NCBI GenBank assembly: GCA_937863565.1
Contig: CALMGJ010000009.1
Location: 124,001-156,656 of the forward strand
From: an uncultured bacterium
GTDB lineage: Bacteria; AUK180
Direction of reading: 5' to 3'
DNA length: 32,656 bases
Position 1 is the stretch's first letter. Each line of letters starts with the position of its first letter. Position numbers and translations under genes: made by a program. The notes below the pieces were generated by a model, which searched no databases, was not told the DNA's origin, and saw nothing but the letters and a program-made list of their open reading frames with translations. This document shows positions 1 to 9,180 of the stretch, one piece after another.

Positions 1-244
1 CCATCGGAAGATCGGGATTGAAGAATAAAGCCGTCTCTGACGGGGTCACCGCGCAAACGGGGACTCCGCCAGACCTTCTGTGCTCGAAAGTGTCGCTGCC
101 CGGGCGGTCAAGGGTAAAACCTTCCCTGTGTATGGCTTTGACGGAAGCGGCCGAATAACCGTCAGCGGAAAATGCGCGCAGAAGGCCGCATACTACCGTG
201 GTCTTACCGCTTTTCGTATGTCCTATTACACTGATTATCTTCAT
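1..244 (-). CDS. mobB: Molybdopterin-guanine dinucleotide biosynthesis protein B, 5' part (runs off the window edge; not in the ORF track)
   Basis: Manual translation from ATG at 244: MKIISVIGHTKSGKTTVVCGLLRAFSADGYSAASVKAIHREGFTLDRPGSDTFEHRRSGG... This has a Walker A (GxxxSGKTT) and the MobB-type VKxxH..F.LD.PG.DT..H motif. Its start forms an ATGA overlap with the stop of 241..909. Confidence 0.88.
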   Translation of the reverse strand, partial: MKIISVIGHTKSGKTTVVCGLLRAFSADGYSAASVKAIHREGFTLDRPGSDTFEHRRSGGVPVCAVTPSETALFFNPDLPM

Positions 245-909
245 CGGCGGAAAACGATCCGCTTCTTTCCGTCATCCAGGGATGCAAGTTTCCGCATCCA
301 GTTCCCGAGTTTGAGATCTGTTCCGATGAGCCTTCTGTCCCCGTCCTCGACGAATGCGCTCCCAAGATAAGTTCTTCTTTTTATTATCAGCACATAACCG
401 TCCTCAGAGGAGGCTTTGATATATTCGCCGGAAAGGCCGTTCTCCGCCATGAGCTTCACAAGATCGCATCCCTTGTATTCGCGATGTCCGATCATAAAGG
501 GTGCCGAGCCTATTCCCGCAAGATCAATGGAGATCTCTTCGCCGGCAGGGAAGTTCTCAACTTCCGCGATGCTCTCTACGTCGACAACCCGGAGTTTCCC
601 GTCGGCATTATCCTTGACAATGAATGTCGGCTTCATTTCTTTACCGTCCTTCTGCGTTACTATATAGTATTCTCCGGGAATATTTTCCTTCACCACGGTC
701 ATGAAATATCCGTCAGCTGCCGTAATGTTGAAGCAGGAGAACGGGGTTATCTTCGCTTTATTGAAAATGTCGCCGAGGGACCATCCGGAATAGGAGGCGG
801 AGGTTATCTTGCCGTGCGCATCCCTGTATTCCGTATTAAAAACGGCAGGTCCGTTCAGAACTCCGGGATCGATCGCGGCCGGAGGGCCCGAAAGAGGGAT
901 AAGCTTCAT
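241..909 (-). CDS. Protein with two tandem molybdopterin-oxidoreductase-like (sulfite-oxidase-family-like) small domains
   Basis: Two similar segments, SYSGWSLGDIFNKAKI..FNITAADGYFMTV and EYKGCDLVKLMAENGL..IKASSEDGYVLII, resemble the Y.G..L..LL..AG....(A/S).DGY signature of Oxidored_molyb-like domains. ATGA overlaps with both neighbours; directly upstream of mobB. Confidence 0.6.
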   Translation of the reverse strand: MKLIPLSGPPAAIDPGVLNGPAVFNTEYRDAHGKITSASYSGWSLGDIFNKAKITPFSCFNITAADGYFMTVVKENIPGEYYIVTQKDGKEMKPTFIVKDNADGKLRVVDVESIAEVENFPAGEEISIDLAGIGSAPFMIGHREYKGCDLVKLMAENGLSGEYIKASSEDGYVLIIKRRTYLGSAFVEDGDRRLIGTDLKLGNWMRKLASLDDGKKRIVFRR

Positions 910-3563
910 TTGGCCTCTGCCGGAACAACCTTGAGGAAGATATGATCTGCAAGGAAATATTTTCTGAAGATCTCCTTCAATTTTTCATTGTCCGCATCAT
1001 AGTATTTGTCTAATTTATTCAGGTAATCGGCAACCTCAAGGCCCTGATAATCGAGATTGTCCAGAAATCCCACTATAGAGGCATTATCTTCGAAGCCGGT
1101 AATAAGGTTCCCTATTATGTAATTTCTCGTTTTCTCGATATTATCCTCGGTGAATCCTGCTTCTCCGACCTCCTTGAAGGTCTTCACAATCTCATCCCTG
1201 AATTCGTCGGCCTTGTCCGGGGAAACGCCCGAGACCACTTTGATGTATCCTCCGGAACTTCTCGGATGCTGATAACATCCCACATAATATGCCAGGCCTT
1301 TTTCCAGCCTGATCTTCTGTCCGAGAATAGAAGTAAGCGAGCCGCCGCCGAGCATGCTTGTTATCATGGTAAGATAGGCGCCGTCTTCGCTTTTATAGTC
1401 GATCCCCTTGAACCCCATCTGGACAACTGCCTGTTCTATGTTCGGCATAGGCACTTTCTTTTCATCTTTTTTCACCGTAAAGGCGGGGAAAGAGCATATC
1501 TCGTTCTTAATACCCTTCTTCTCCCAATCACCGAAATATTTTTCAATGAGACCTTTAAGATCATCTTCAGGCATATCGCCGAGTATCGCTATCGTGATAT
1601 TTTCCGGGATGATGTATTTTTCATGATATTCCCTGAGCATCTCGGGGGTCACATTGGCGACATTTTCAAAATTCCCCGGTTCGAATATAGCATAAGGATG
1701 TTTTTCGCCGTAGAGGAATTTGTCGAAATAGTATTCGGACATGTCGTCCGGGTTCATCTGTTTATATTTGATAGAGGTCATCACTTGCCTTTTCACTTTT
1801 TCAACGCCTTCTGCGGGGAAGGTCGGGTTCCTTATCATTTCGGCGATAACATCAAGACCCTGCTCTTTGAATTTGGAAAGGAATTCCCCGCGGAGCGTCA
1901 GTGTTTCATACCCGGAGTTCGTGTCATACCCGATCGCGTAAAAATCGGTTATCTCGTTAAGTTTGGCAAGATCATATTTGGCGGTGCCCTCATTGATGCA
2001 GTAGATCATCATCTGGGGAATGCCGTTCCGGTCGGGAACGAATGAAGGGCCTGCTTTCATCGAGATCCTGAGAAAGATGCCGGGAACGGTATTGTCATTA
2101 TAAGCGATCACCTTAAGGCCGTTGGACAGAATATACTTTTTGTTCTTCTCGAAAATGGAGAAGGATTTTTTCAATACGTCTTTTTCTACCGTCACGATCT
2201 CCGGAATGTCAGTCGAGTAATGCGGGTCCTCCTCTTCTTCGGGAGGCGTTAATGCGCTTTCTTCCTTTTCCGAGGGAATGAATTCCGTTACCGACATATT
2301 TTTTTCAGTGAGGTATTTTTTCACTGCGGCCGCGATCTGAGAAGGAGTTACCTTTTTGATCTTGTTCAGGAACTCATTGATGTATTCTACTTTATAGTAT
2401 GTTTCAAGCATACCAAGTTCCTTTCCGATGTCGGCGGCTTTCTGGACCTTGAATATTTCTTCGGTCTCTATGAAATTAATTATGCGTTGAATATCCTTTT
2501 CGGATATCTCGCCTTTTTTAAGTTTCTCGACCTCATCAAGCAGAATGGTCCTGCCCTGCTCCATCGCTTCGGGCGTCGCAAAGGAGCCGCCTACGTTGAA
2601 CGGTTTCATATGCCTTCCCACGCGGCATGAAGCCCAGGCCGCATGCGCAATGCCGGTATCCACAAGCCGCTGCCTGAGCCGTGCCTGTGCGCCGGAACTT
2701 AATATCTGCGCCGCAAGATACAGTTTTTCGAAATCCTTGTGTCCGTATCCGGGAGCGTCGAAGGAGTAGAAAACATTGTATGTGGCGACCATCGGGTCCG
2801 GGATCGTTTTCAGGGTCTTTCCTCTTTTCAGGCGCAGTTTAGGTTTAGGTATCCTTTTACCGAGCGTTGAGGGTTTGATCTCGCCGAAATATTCCCGGGT
2901 TAATTTTTCCGCATCTTCCTTTTTTATATCCCCGGCGAGAACCAGGATCGCATTGTTCGGCTTGTAGAATCTGTTGTAAAACTTTCTTGTTTTCTCTATC
3001 GTCATATTATCGAGATCCCCGTCATATCCGATCGTAGGATGCTGATAGCAGTATTTGTCATAGAAGAACTCATCAAACTGCATCCAGAAGCGGCCCCAGG
3101 CATTATTGCCGTACCTCATGAGCTTCTCTTGTTTAATGACCTTCATCTCATTATCAAATACCTCCGCGGCCATTGAGGCATTCGCCATGCGGTCGGATTC
3201 GATCCTCATCGCCATCTCAATATTGTACGAGGGTACGATGATGTAGTAACAGGTATGATCATCGGAAGTGTATGCATTCGAATAACCGCCCGAACCCCGG
3301 ATGAGTTCATCGATCTGGGTCTTGTCCAGGGAAGCGGTACCGTTGAACATCATATGCTCGACAACATGCGCAATGCCGCTCTCGCCCTTATCCTCATCAT
3401 TGGAACCGACATTGTAATATATGTACATTGCCACCTGAGGTATCCTGTGATCCTCATAGACGATCGTCTTGAGGCCGTTTTTAAGCGTGAATTTATGATA
3501 ATCCACGGCAAATACCCCGCAAACAAGTAAAAGGGACGTCAGCATAAAGATCAATTTTTTCAT
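906..3563 (-). CDS. Secreted M16B-family zinc metallopeptidase (PqqL/pitrilysin-like, fused two-half form)
   Basis: N-terminal signal peptide (MKKLIFMLTSLLLVCGVFA). Inverted zinc motif HVVEH, NAYTS and LKNGLK, with a second LSNGLK half that lacks HxxEH and ends in IRLEKGLAYYV. SD-like GGAGG upstream. Confidence 0.93.
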   Translation of the reverse strand: MKKLIFMLTSLLLVCGVFAVDYHKFTLKNGLKTIVYEDHRIPQVAMYIYYNVGSNDEDKGESGIAHVVEHMMFNGTASLDKTQIDELIRGSGGYSNAYTSDDHTCYYIIVPSYNIEMAMRIESDRMANASMAAEVFDNEMKVIKQEKLMRYGNNAWGRFWMQFDEFFYDKYCYQHPTIGYDGDLDNMTIEKTRKFYNRFYKPNNAILVLAGDIKKEDAEKLTREYFGEIKPSTLGKRIPKPKLRLKRGKTLKTIPDPMVATYNVFYSFDAPGYGHKDFEKLYLAAQILSSGAQARLRQRLVDTGIAHAAWASCRVGRHMKPFNVGGSFATPEAMEQGRTILLDEVEKLKKGEISEKDIQRIINFIETEEIFKVQKAADIGKELGMLETYYKVEYINEFLNKIKKVTPSQIAAAVKKYLTEKNMSVTEFIPSEKEESALTPPEEEEDPHYSTDIPEIVTVEKDVLKKSFSIFEKNKKYILSNGLKVIAYNDNTVPGIFLRISMKAGPSFVPDRNGIPQMMIYCINEGTAKYDLAKLNEITDFYAIGYDTNSGYETLTLRGEFLSKFKEQGLDVIAEMIRNPTFPAEGVEKVKRQVMTSIKYKQMNPDDMSEYYFDKFLYGEKHPYAIFEPGNFENVANVTPEMLREYHEKYIIPENITIAILGDMPEDDLKGLIEKYFGDWEKKGIKNEICSFPAFTVKKDEKKVPMPNIEQAVVQMGFKGIDYKSEDGAYLTMITSMLGGGSLTSILGQKIRLEKGLAYYVGCYQHPRSSGGYIKVVSGVSPDKADEFRDEIVKTFKEVGEAGFTEDNIEKTRNYIIGNLITGFEDNASIVGFLDNLDYQGLEVADYLNKLDKYYDADNEKLKEIFRKYFLADHIFLKVVPAEAK

Positions 3564-3579
3564 ATCGATCCTCCATTTA

Positions 3580-4686
3580 TTATATTTTTTTCAAGATGCT
3601 CTTAAGGGAGGACGCAACGCGTGCGACCTCGCCCACGGTCATTTCCGGGAAGATCGGCAGGCTTAAAGCCGTTTCCGCAAAACGCTCGGCACGGGGCAGG
3701 TCTATTTTTTTCTTCCCGTATTTTCTGTTTTTGTATACCGGCTGCATGTGAAGCGGCACCGGATAATGTATTCCGGCCGGTATGCCCATCTCTTTGAGCC
3801 CCTGGATGACAGCATCCCTGTTCCCGGGAACATTTACCACATAAAGATGGAATACGTGCCTGCGCTCATTGATCGCGGGAAGCGAAAGCCCTTCTATGCC
3901 GGACAGAAGATCATTATACATTTTGGCGATCTCTATCCTTCTTGCCGTCCATTTATCAAGATGCTGAAGCTTCACGTTCAGCACCGCCGCCTGGATACCG
4001 TCCATCCTTTCGCCCAGCCCGTCCGATGAATGTTCGTATTTTGTCAATCTTCCGTGATTTCGCATTTTGTATATCATTTCGTGAAAGATACCGTCGTTGG
4101 TGGCAACGGCGCCGGCATCACCGTAAGCACCGAGATTTTTACCGGGATAGAATGAGAATACCGATATATCCCCGGTTGCACCCGCAGGACATCTGTCAAA
4201 TTCGGCAAGGTGGGCCTGGGCGCAATCTTCCACAAAGAATATGCGGTGTTTGTCCGCGATCCTTCTCAGTTTCTTGACATTCAGCATATTGCCGTATATA
4301 TGAACGCCGATGATACCTTTCACGCGGCCGTCAATTTTCTCTTCCACAAGGCTTTCGTCCATATTCCCGTCATCTTTGATATCAATAAATACCGGTTCTG
4401 CCCCGAGAAAGATAAGCGGTTCCACTGTAGCTATGAAGGTATTCGGGGTCGTGATTATCTTATCGCCTTTTTTAACTCCTAAAGCCATCATGGCAAGAAG
4501 AAGGGCCGAAGTTCCGGAACTAACGCCCAGTATATGCCTGATCCTCTGTGCGGCGGCAAAACCGGATTCGAATTTTTTCACCTCTTCTCCCAGTATGAAA
4601 TCGGAGGCAAGTATAACTTTTTTCATTGCTCGGTCTATCTCGGGTTTTATCGTCCGGTACTGTCTTACCAGATCGACGAATTCCAT
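3580..4686 (-). CDS. DegT/DnrJ/EryC1/StrS-family PLP-dependent NDP-sugar aminotransferase
   Basis: Motifs SSGTSAL, EDCAQAH, FSFYPGKNLGAYGDAG (PLP lysine), HVFHLYV and LSLPIFPEM. Start moved from 4722 to the ATG at 4686 (MEFVDL), 1 nt after the upstream stop. Confidence 0.95.
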   Translation of the reverse strand: MEFVDLVRQYRTIKPEIDRAMKKVILASDFILGEEVKKFESGFAAAQRIRHILGVSSGTSALLLAMMALGVKKGDKIITTPNTFIATVEPLIFLGAEPVFIDIKDDGNMDESLVEEKIDGRVKGIIGVHIYGNMLNVKKLRRIADKHRIFFVEDCAQAHLAEFDRCPAGATGDISVFSFYPGKNLGAYGDAGAVATNDGIFHEMIYKMRNHGRLTKYEHSSDGLGERMDGIQAAVLNVKLQHLDKWTARRIEIAKMYNDLLSGIEGLSLPAINERRHVFHLYVVNVPGNRDAVIQGLKEMGIPAGIHYPVPLHMQPVYKNRKYGKKKIDLPRAERFAETALSLPIFPEMTVGEVARVASSLKSILKKI

Positions 4687-4687
4687 G

Positions 4688-5338
4688 CTATTTTTCTTCT
4701 TCTGTTTCATATGGCCTTTCAATAAGATCGTATTTGCATTTAAGGTCCTTCACCGCCATGATCTTGACCGCGGGAATGCCGGAATACACGCTTTCCGGAT
4801 CGCAATCTTTCGTGACCACGCTTCCGGCGCCGATCAGCGCTCCCTTGCCAATGGTGAGGTCCGGAAGAACGGTGGCATTAGCCCCGATCTTCGCCCCTTC
4901 CATGACCGTGGCTCCTTTCAGGCATTTCTTCACTATGGGACAGAGCGGGTGGAACGCATTGGTGAAGACCGCGTGGGGGCCGATCCAGCATCCCTTTTTC
5001 AGAACCGTTGTCTCCGGGATGAAAACATTCGTATGCATCCGCACGCCGTCCTCGATGACCGTGTGATGCTCAATGACCGAATGCGTGCCTACGCTTACAT
5101 CATTTCCGATCATGTTCTCCTCCCTTACCAGAACGCCGTGACCTGTGTGAAAACCATCCCCTATTACATTTCCCGCATAGATCACCGTATGTGAGCGTAT
5201 CACAGCGTTCTTACCGATAATTGTTTTGAGTTCTCCGTCCGACGCGCCGGATGGCGGGAGGCCGATGACGCAGTGTTCTCCGATATCGGCATTTTCACCG
5301 ATCTTGACATTTTTGTATATTTTATAATGCTTAGTCAT
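4688..5338 (-). CDS. Hexapeptide-repeat (left-handed beta-helix) NDP-sugar N-acetyltransferase, WbpD-like
   Basis: Repeated xIGxxA hexapeptides, IGPHAVFTN, GAKIGANATVLP..IGAGSVVTKD and YSGIPA. Adjacent to the DegT aminotransferase. Confidence 0.9.
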   Translation of the reverse strand: MTKHYKIYKNVKIGENADIGEHCVIGLPPSGASDGELKTIIGKNAVIRSHTVIYAGNVIGDGFHTGHGVLVREENMIGNDVSVGTHSVIEHHTVIEDGVRMHTNVFIPETTVLKKGCWIGPHAVFTNAFHPLCPIVKKCLKGATVMEGAKIGANATVLPDLTIGKGALIGAGSVVTKDCDPESVYSGIPAVKIMAVKDLKCKYDLIERPYETEEEK

Positions 5339-5346
5339 ATGTGTTT

Positions 5347-5375
5347 ATTTTATCAAAAAAAGAAAAATCTGCCAA
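5347..5375 (-). promoter_or_regulatory. Putative sigma70 promoter (extended -10), probably leaderless, for the acetyltransferase operon
   Basis: Minus strand TTGGCA-17 nt-TAAAAT with a TG extension. The ATG at 5338 is 8 nt after the -10 and there is no SD. Confidence 0.55.
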
Positions 5376-5418
5376 ATAAAAGATGTAATAAGAGGAAAAC
5401 ATGAAAAGATGATGTTCG

Positions 5419-5477
5419 GCCGCTTCACGGCAGGTGTTTTTTCAGCCGCCTCACGGCAGGTGTTTCTCAGCCGCTTC
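5419..5477. repeat. Imperfect tandem duplication, ~25-26 bp x 2.3, spanning the HD-GYP stop codon
   Basis: gccgcttcacggcaggtgttttttca (5419-5444), gccgcctcacggcaggtgtttctca (5445-5469), gccgcttc (5470-5477). Each full unit has a small GCCG/CGGC hairpin. Confidence 0.85.
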
Positions 5478-6759
5478 TCTGTATGTCCTCGATCTCTTCA
5501 TCGGTCAAATCCAGAACCAGCTTGCACAGTTCCGGATCGAATTGCGTACCGGAATATTTTTTGAGTTCGCGCCGCGCGGATGATATGGTCTTCGCTTTTT
5601 TATACGGTCTGTTATTGATCATAACGTCGAAAGCGTCTATTACATTTAGCACCCTTGCAAAGAAAGGGATATTCTTCCCCTTTTTCATCTCCGGATAACC
5701 CTGGCCGTCCCATCTTTCATGATGGTATTTAACGGCATCGATCACATTTTTATTATCTTCGAACAGCATCATCATTTCGGCGCCTTTTGCGGCATGCACT
5801 TTGATCTTTTCGTATTCGTCCCTGGTCAGCTTGCCCGGTTTATTCAGAAGATGGTCGGATATGGCGATCTTGCCTATATCGTGAAGCGAGGCTGCAAGTT
5901 CCAGCTCCCGCAATTCGGCGTCGCGGAGCCCCAGTTTTCTTCCTACAAGGCCTGCGAACCTGATCAGTCTTCCGCAGTGGCCGGCCGTGCATTTATCCCG
6001 CTCTTCAATGATGGTCGAGAAGGTACTGGAAAGGTCTTTGTAGAATTTCTCCACCTTCATATTAAGAATGGAATTTTCCAGAGCAGAGCCGATCTGGTGC
6101 GCAATGAATTCGAGGATGATTATCTCCCTGTCCGACATGAAATACCCGTTATCCGGCTGGACGGCTACGGTGACGACGCCGTAAGTTTTCAATTTCCCGT
6201 ATACCGGAACGACCGCATACTGAGTAGAATACACTTTATGGTTTCCCGTCATCCTGATATTGAACTCTTTTTCCTTGAACCGGTCCGTGATGAAAAAGGA
6301 TTTCCTCTCGGAAAAGCAGCGGGCAACATGATTGCGCATCTTCTCTCCGTCCGTTTCAGCCGGGTCTATGTGCAGGTTCTCGATATAACTTTCGGGAAGG
6401 CCGAGCGATCTTACGCATTCGATCTTTCCCGTATTCTCGTCGTAAAGCATCAGGCCCACCCGGTCATAGCCGAAAACGGATCTCAGACCGTCCGCGATCT
6501 TGTCGCAGAGCTTTTCGGTATTCTTCTCGTTGACAAGTTCCGAAAGAAGGGAAACGAACCGCTCTGCGGTCTCCCGTTCCATCATGGCCGGCGTTTTCTT
6601 TGCGGTTACACCGTGTTCTAAAAGCGACTTTTTATATTCTTCATTCCTTGCTTCGGCGTAGTACAGCCTGTCCAGAAGGTATTGATACGGATCACAGTGC
6701 TTCGAAGCTTCCTTTCTAGTATCTTCGAGCCACTGAAAATTATTGCCGTTCGTTGTCAT
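5467..6759 (-). CDS. GAF + HD-GYP cyclic-dinucleotide phosphodiesterase
   Basis: HDIGK, HHERWDGQGYP, DAFDVM and RPYK motifs, preceded by a GAF-like segment (DRVGLMLYDE...YAVVPV...IAHQIGSALEN). Confidence 0.93.
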   Translation of the reverse strand: MTTNGNNFQWLEDTRKEASKHCDPYQYLLDRLYYAEARNEEYKKSLLEHGVTAKKTPAMMERETAERFVSLLSELVNEKNTEKLCDKIADGLRSVFGYDRVGLMLYDENTGKIECVRSLGLPESYIENLHIDPAETDGEKMRNHVARCFSERKSFFITDRFKEKEFNIRMTGNHKVYSTQYAVVPVYGKLKTYGVVTVAVQPDNGYFMSDREIIILEFIAHQIGSALENSILNMKVEKFYKDLSSTFSTIIEERDKCTAGHCGRLIRFAGLVGRKLGLRDAELRELELAASLHDIGKIAISDHLLNKPGKLTRDEYEKIKVHAAKGAEMMMLFEDNKNVIDAVKYHHERWDGQGYPEMKKGKNIPFFARVLNVIDAFDVMINNRPYKKAKTISSARRELKKYSGTQFDPELCKLVLDLTDEEIEDIQRSG

Positions 6760-6766
6760 TGAGGGG

Positions 6767-6795
6767 ATTATATCACGAGATCGGTATTATTTCAA
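6767..6795 (-). promoter_or_regulatory. Sigma70 promoter, leaderless, for the HD-GYP gene
   Basis: Minus strand TTGAAA-17 nt-TATAAT with a TG extension. The ATG at 6759 is 7 nt after the -10 and there is no SD (cccctca). Confidence 0.7.
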
Positions 6796-6885
6796 CCCGT
6801 GCGCTAATTGCCGAGGCGGTAACCTGAATATGCTCTTTCAAGAGAATATGAACCGAATATAATTCAATCTCTTTTGAGCTTTGCA

Positions 6886-7287
6886 TCATTTTTTTATACG
6901 GTGAAGGAAGTGGCTGAAGATAAAAAGACCGCCGCTTGCGATGAAAGGAAGATTGATCGCCGCAACAATGCCGAGCGCGTGCAGGAGTTCTCCGGGATTT
7001 TTATAATTCCCTTTAAAAACAACAACAGCGGTGAACACTCCGATGAGAAGCAGTAATATGCCTCCCGGGAGTTCATTTTTCCATGCAAGCACAAGCACCG
7101 CCGCTATGATGAAGGACGGGATCATATGTATGAGAAATCCCCCGATGCAAAGCCAGATGCTTGTCCCGGAAGAAAATGCATCAAGAGCGAAAAGGCTCAT
7201 GAACAGGATCGACAGAATGCAGAGTATTCTCGCCGACCATCTGATAATCCCGGGCAATAATGGAGGTTTATTTTCTGTTTCGGTCAT
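6886..7287 (-). CDS. Four-TM integral membrane protein, conserved hypothetical
   Basis: Hydrophobic helices (WSARILCILSILFMSLFALDAF, FLIHMIPSFII, LAWKNELPGGIL). Start moved to ATG 7287, which has SD AAAGGAG. Confidence 0.75.
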   Translation of the reverse strand: MTETENKPPLLPGIIRWSARILCILSILFMSLFALDAFSSGTSIWLCIGGFLIHMIPSFIIAAVLVLAWKNELPGGILLLLIGVFTAVVVFKGNYKNPGELLHALGIVAAINLPFIASGGLFIFSHFLHRIKK

Positions 7288-7756
7288 TTTCCACTCCTTT
7301 TTCACGGATTTTTTTCAGGCCCTTATCCTTTGTTCTTCCGGGATCCGTTTTCCGGCCGGCGACAGGGCCGCACTCAAGGCAATACCCTCTGTGGACGCAT
7401 ACCGTTCCTCCGCATTTTTCGCATGCCCATCTCTTTTTTTCAGAATCTGTGAATTTTTTTATTCCGTTATTTTTTATACTTTCGAGATTCTCAAGCATGC
7501 TCATGCCGTATCTTGTTCTGTATCTTCTATCGAGATCCTTGAGCCGGCGGCAGGGAAAATCCGGGCACCCGGTGCAGAATCCGGCACGGCGCGTTCTGAG
7601 GTGCTCACAATTTCTGATCCTGCATCTCACATGGGCTTTGCGGGGATCGTCCCCGAGCGATCTGCAGCCGGAACATCTGTTCTCTTCCCTCAGATATCCA
7701 AGACAGATCCCGCAATTCATCCCGCACGGGGCGATAAGTCCTTTCTTATTTCTCAT
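7268..7756 (-). CDS. DUF3795-family Cys-rich protein
   Basis: IAPCGMNCGIC..CSGCR..CRIRNC..FCTGCPDFPC..YGMSMLENL..WACEKCGG..CVH..C..C pattern. Start moved to ATG 7756, which has SD GGAGGG. Confidence 0.85.
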   Translation of the reverse strand: MRNKKGLIAPCGMNCGICLGYLREENRCSGCRSLGDDPRKAHVRCRIRNCEHLRTRRAGFCTGCPDFPCRRLKDLDRRYRTRYGMSMLENLESIKNNGIKKFTDSEKKRWACEKCGGTVCVHRGYCLECGPVAGRKTDPGRTKDKGLKKIREKGVENDRNRK

Positions 7757-7936
7757 ATTCCCTCCACATGCCGGGTATTGACCGGGACCTTTTTCCTTAT
7801 GCATACCCGGTATAACCGCAGGGCCCCGGTATCCGGATTATTTTAACACGAAAGCGTTCTTAAACAAATACCGTTTCTCTCTTTTCTTTTTGCATTTTTA
7901 GCCGTTTTTTCGGATAATATGATATAGGGGGATTCT

Positions 7937-8602
7937 ATGGACGAGAATTTTGATGTGTATTCTGCACTTGAAGGGATCAAGGAGCCCGGGGAGCGGGTAA
8001 TCTGGTACGGAAAATCGAAAGCGTTCAAATTGTTCGGTCCCGAGGACTTCATGCTCATACCGTTCTCAATTTTTTGGTTCGGTTTTTCTCTTTTCTGGGA
8101 ATTCATGGCTTTGAAGAATGTAGTAACACAGGAAGGCCCTCTCGCGCTGAAGATCATCTTCCCCTTATTTGGGCTTCCCTTCGTGCTCATCGGTTTTTTT
8201 CTCATGTTCGGAAGGTATATCATCAAACTTAAGAACTTTTACAATATGGTCTATGTCCTTACATCGAAGCGCGTTATGACGGTCACGGTCAAGGGCGAGA
8301 AGAAAACGATCGCCGCGCTCGATCTGGACGGGCTTTTCGTTCCGAAAATGACGGTGGGAAAAGACGGGATGACCGGCACGATAACTTTCATGGGACGATC
8401 TTCTTTCAATCCGCAAACCCGGGCCGAGATGATCGAGAACTTTAAAAATTTAAAATTCGCTCAGCATATCGAATTTTCGAATATCGAGAACCCTCAGAAC
8501 GTATATTCACAAGTCGAGGCCTTGATGCAGAAAGCGAAGGGCCCGGAGACCGGTGACCTGAGAACGCTGTTGAATAAAAGAGATAAGGATGAGGAGGAAT
8601 GA
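7937..8602 (+). CDS. Membrane protein (2 TM + bacterial PH-like domain), conserved hypothetical
   Basis: PGERVIWYG, LIPFSIFWFGF..FWE, FGLPFVLIG and YVLTSKR pattern. GGGGG SD-like sequence upstream. Confidence 0.7.
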   Translation: MDENFDVYSALEGIKEPGERVIWYGKSKAFKLFGPEDFMLIPFSIFWFGFSLFWEFMALKNVVTQEGPLALKIIFPLFGLPFVLIGFFLMFGRYIIKLKNFYNMVYVLTSKRVMTVTVKGEKKTIAALDLDGLFVPKMTVGKDGMTGTITFMGRSSFNPQTRAEMIENFKNLKFAQHIEFSNIENPQNVYSQVEALMQKAKGPETGDLRTLLNKRDKDEEE

Positions 8603-9180
8603 GCGGCGGCGGCTTCGGGAATTTCAATATTGAAGAACATACTGATTTTATTAAAAAACTGTTTGAGGACCATGCGCTTTCGGTAAACGGCTCCCTTTAC
8701 CGTTTTCTTGAGACAGAATTGTATTATCACGGGAATGGCCATCGCGATACAAGCGTGCTCATACGCGACAGGAACGCCGGGGATTTTTTCTTTCATCAGT
8801 TCGGTTTCGATATCTGTTTCCGGACGGAAAAGGATAAAAGCGGTTCCCCTGCGGTTTACGGAGGTGTTCTTGTCCGTTCGCTTAAGAAAGAATGCGGGGA
8901 GATCATTTGCGGCCCGATGAACTGCTCTCTTCATATATTGAACTCGGGAAAAAGCAAAAATACAGGGTTCATTCTCGAGATGAACGTGGTAAGTGCTCCG
9001 CATCTTGATCTTTCCATAAAGAGGTCTGTAAGGATAAAAGGGAAAAGGGATGACGGTTTTCACGATGCGCTTTACCGGTTCATAACGGCGGAATTTTTGG
9101 AAGAGATAATGAAAAGACCGCTCGGCGATCATTACAGAAAAAAAACGGCGGGCTTCCAAATAAACGGGGCTGTATCTTGA
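8599..9180 (+). CDS. Divergent methylpurine-DNA-glycosylase (MPG/Aag)-like protein
   Basis: YRFLETELY (cf. RIVETEAY), GGVLVRSL (cf. AVLIRA) and ICGP occur in MPG order. ATGA overlap with the upstream gene and SD GAGGAGG. Confidence 0.55.
   Translation: MSGGGFGNFNIEEHTDFIKKLFEDHALSVNGSLYRFLETELYYHGNGHRDTSVLIRDRNAGDFFFHQFGFDICFRTEKDKSGSPAVYGGVLVRSLKKECGEIICGPMNCSLHILNSGKSKNTGFILEMNVVSAPHLDLSIKRSVRIKGKRDDGFHDALYRFITAEFLEEIMKRPLGDHYRKKTAGFQINGAVS

Noticed and set aside
1-370. Possible structured ncRNA at 1-240, or the 96-aa plus-strand ORF 80..370
   Set aside because: The region is fully explained by mobB on the minus strand.
1266-6621. Long plus-strand ORFs 1266..2045, 4310..5194 and 5719..6621
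   Set aside because: Antisense shadows of the M16 peptidase, DegT/acetyltransferase and HD-GYP genes; no domain signatures.
7031-9159. Overlapping alternative ORFs 7031..7846, 7260..7781, 7843..8226 and 8494..9159
   Set aside because: Opposite-strand shadows of genes with better motif and RBS support.
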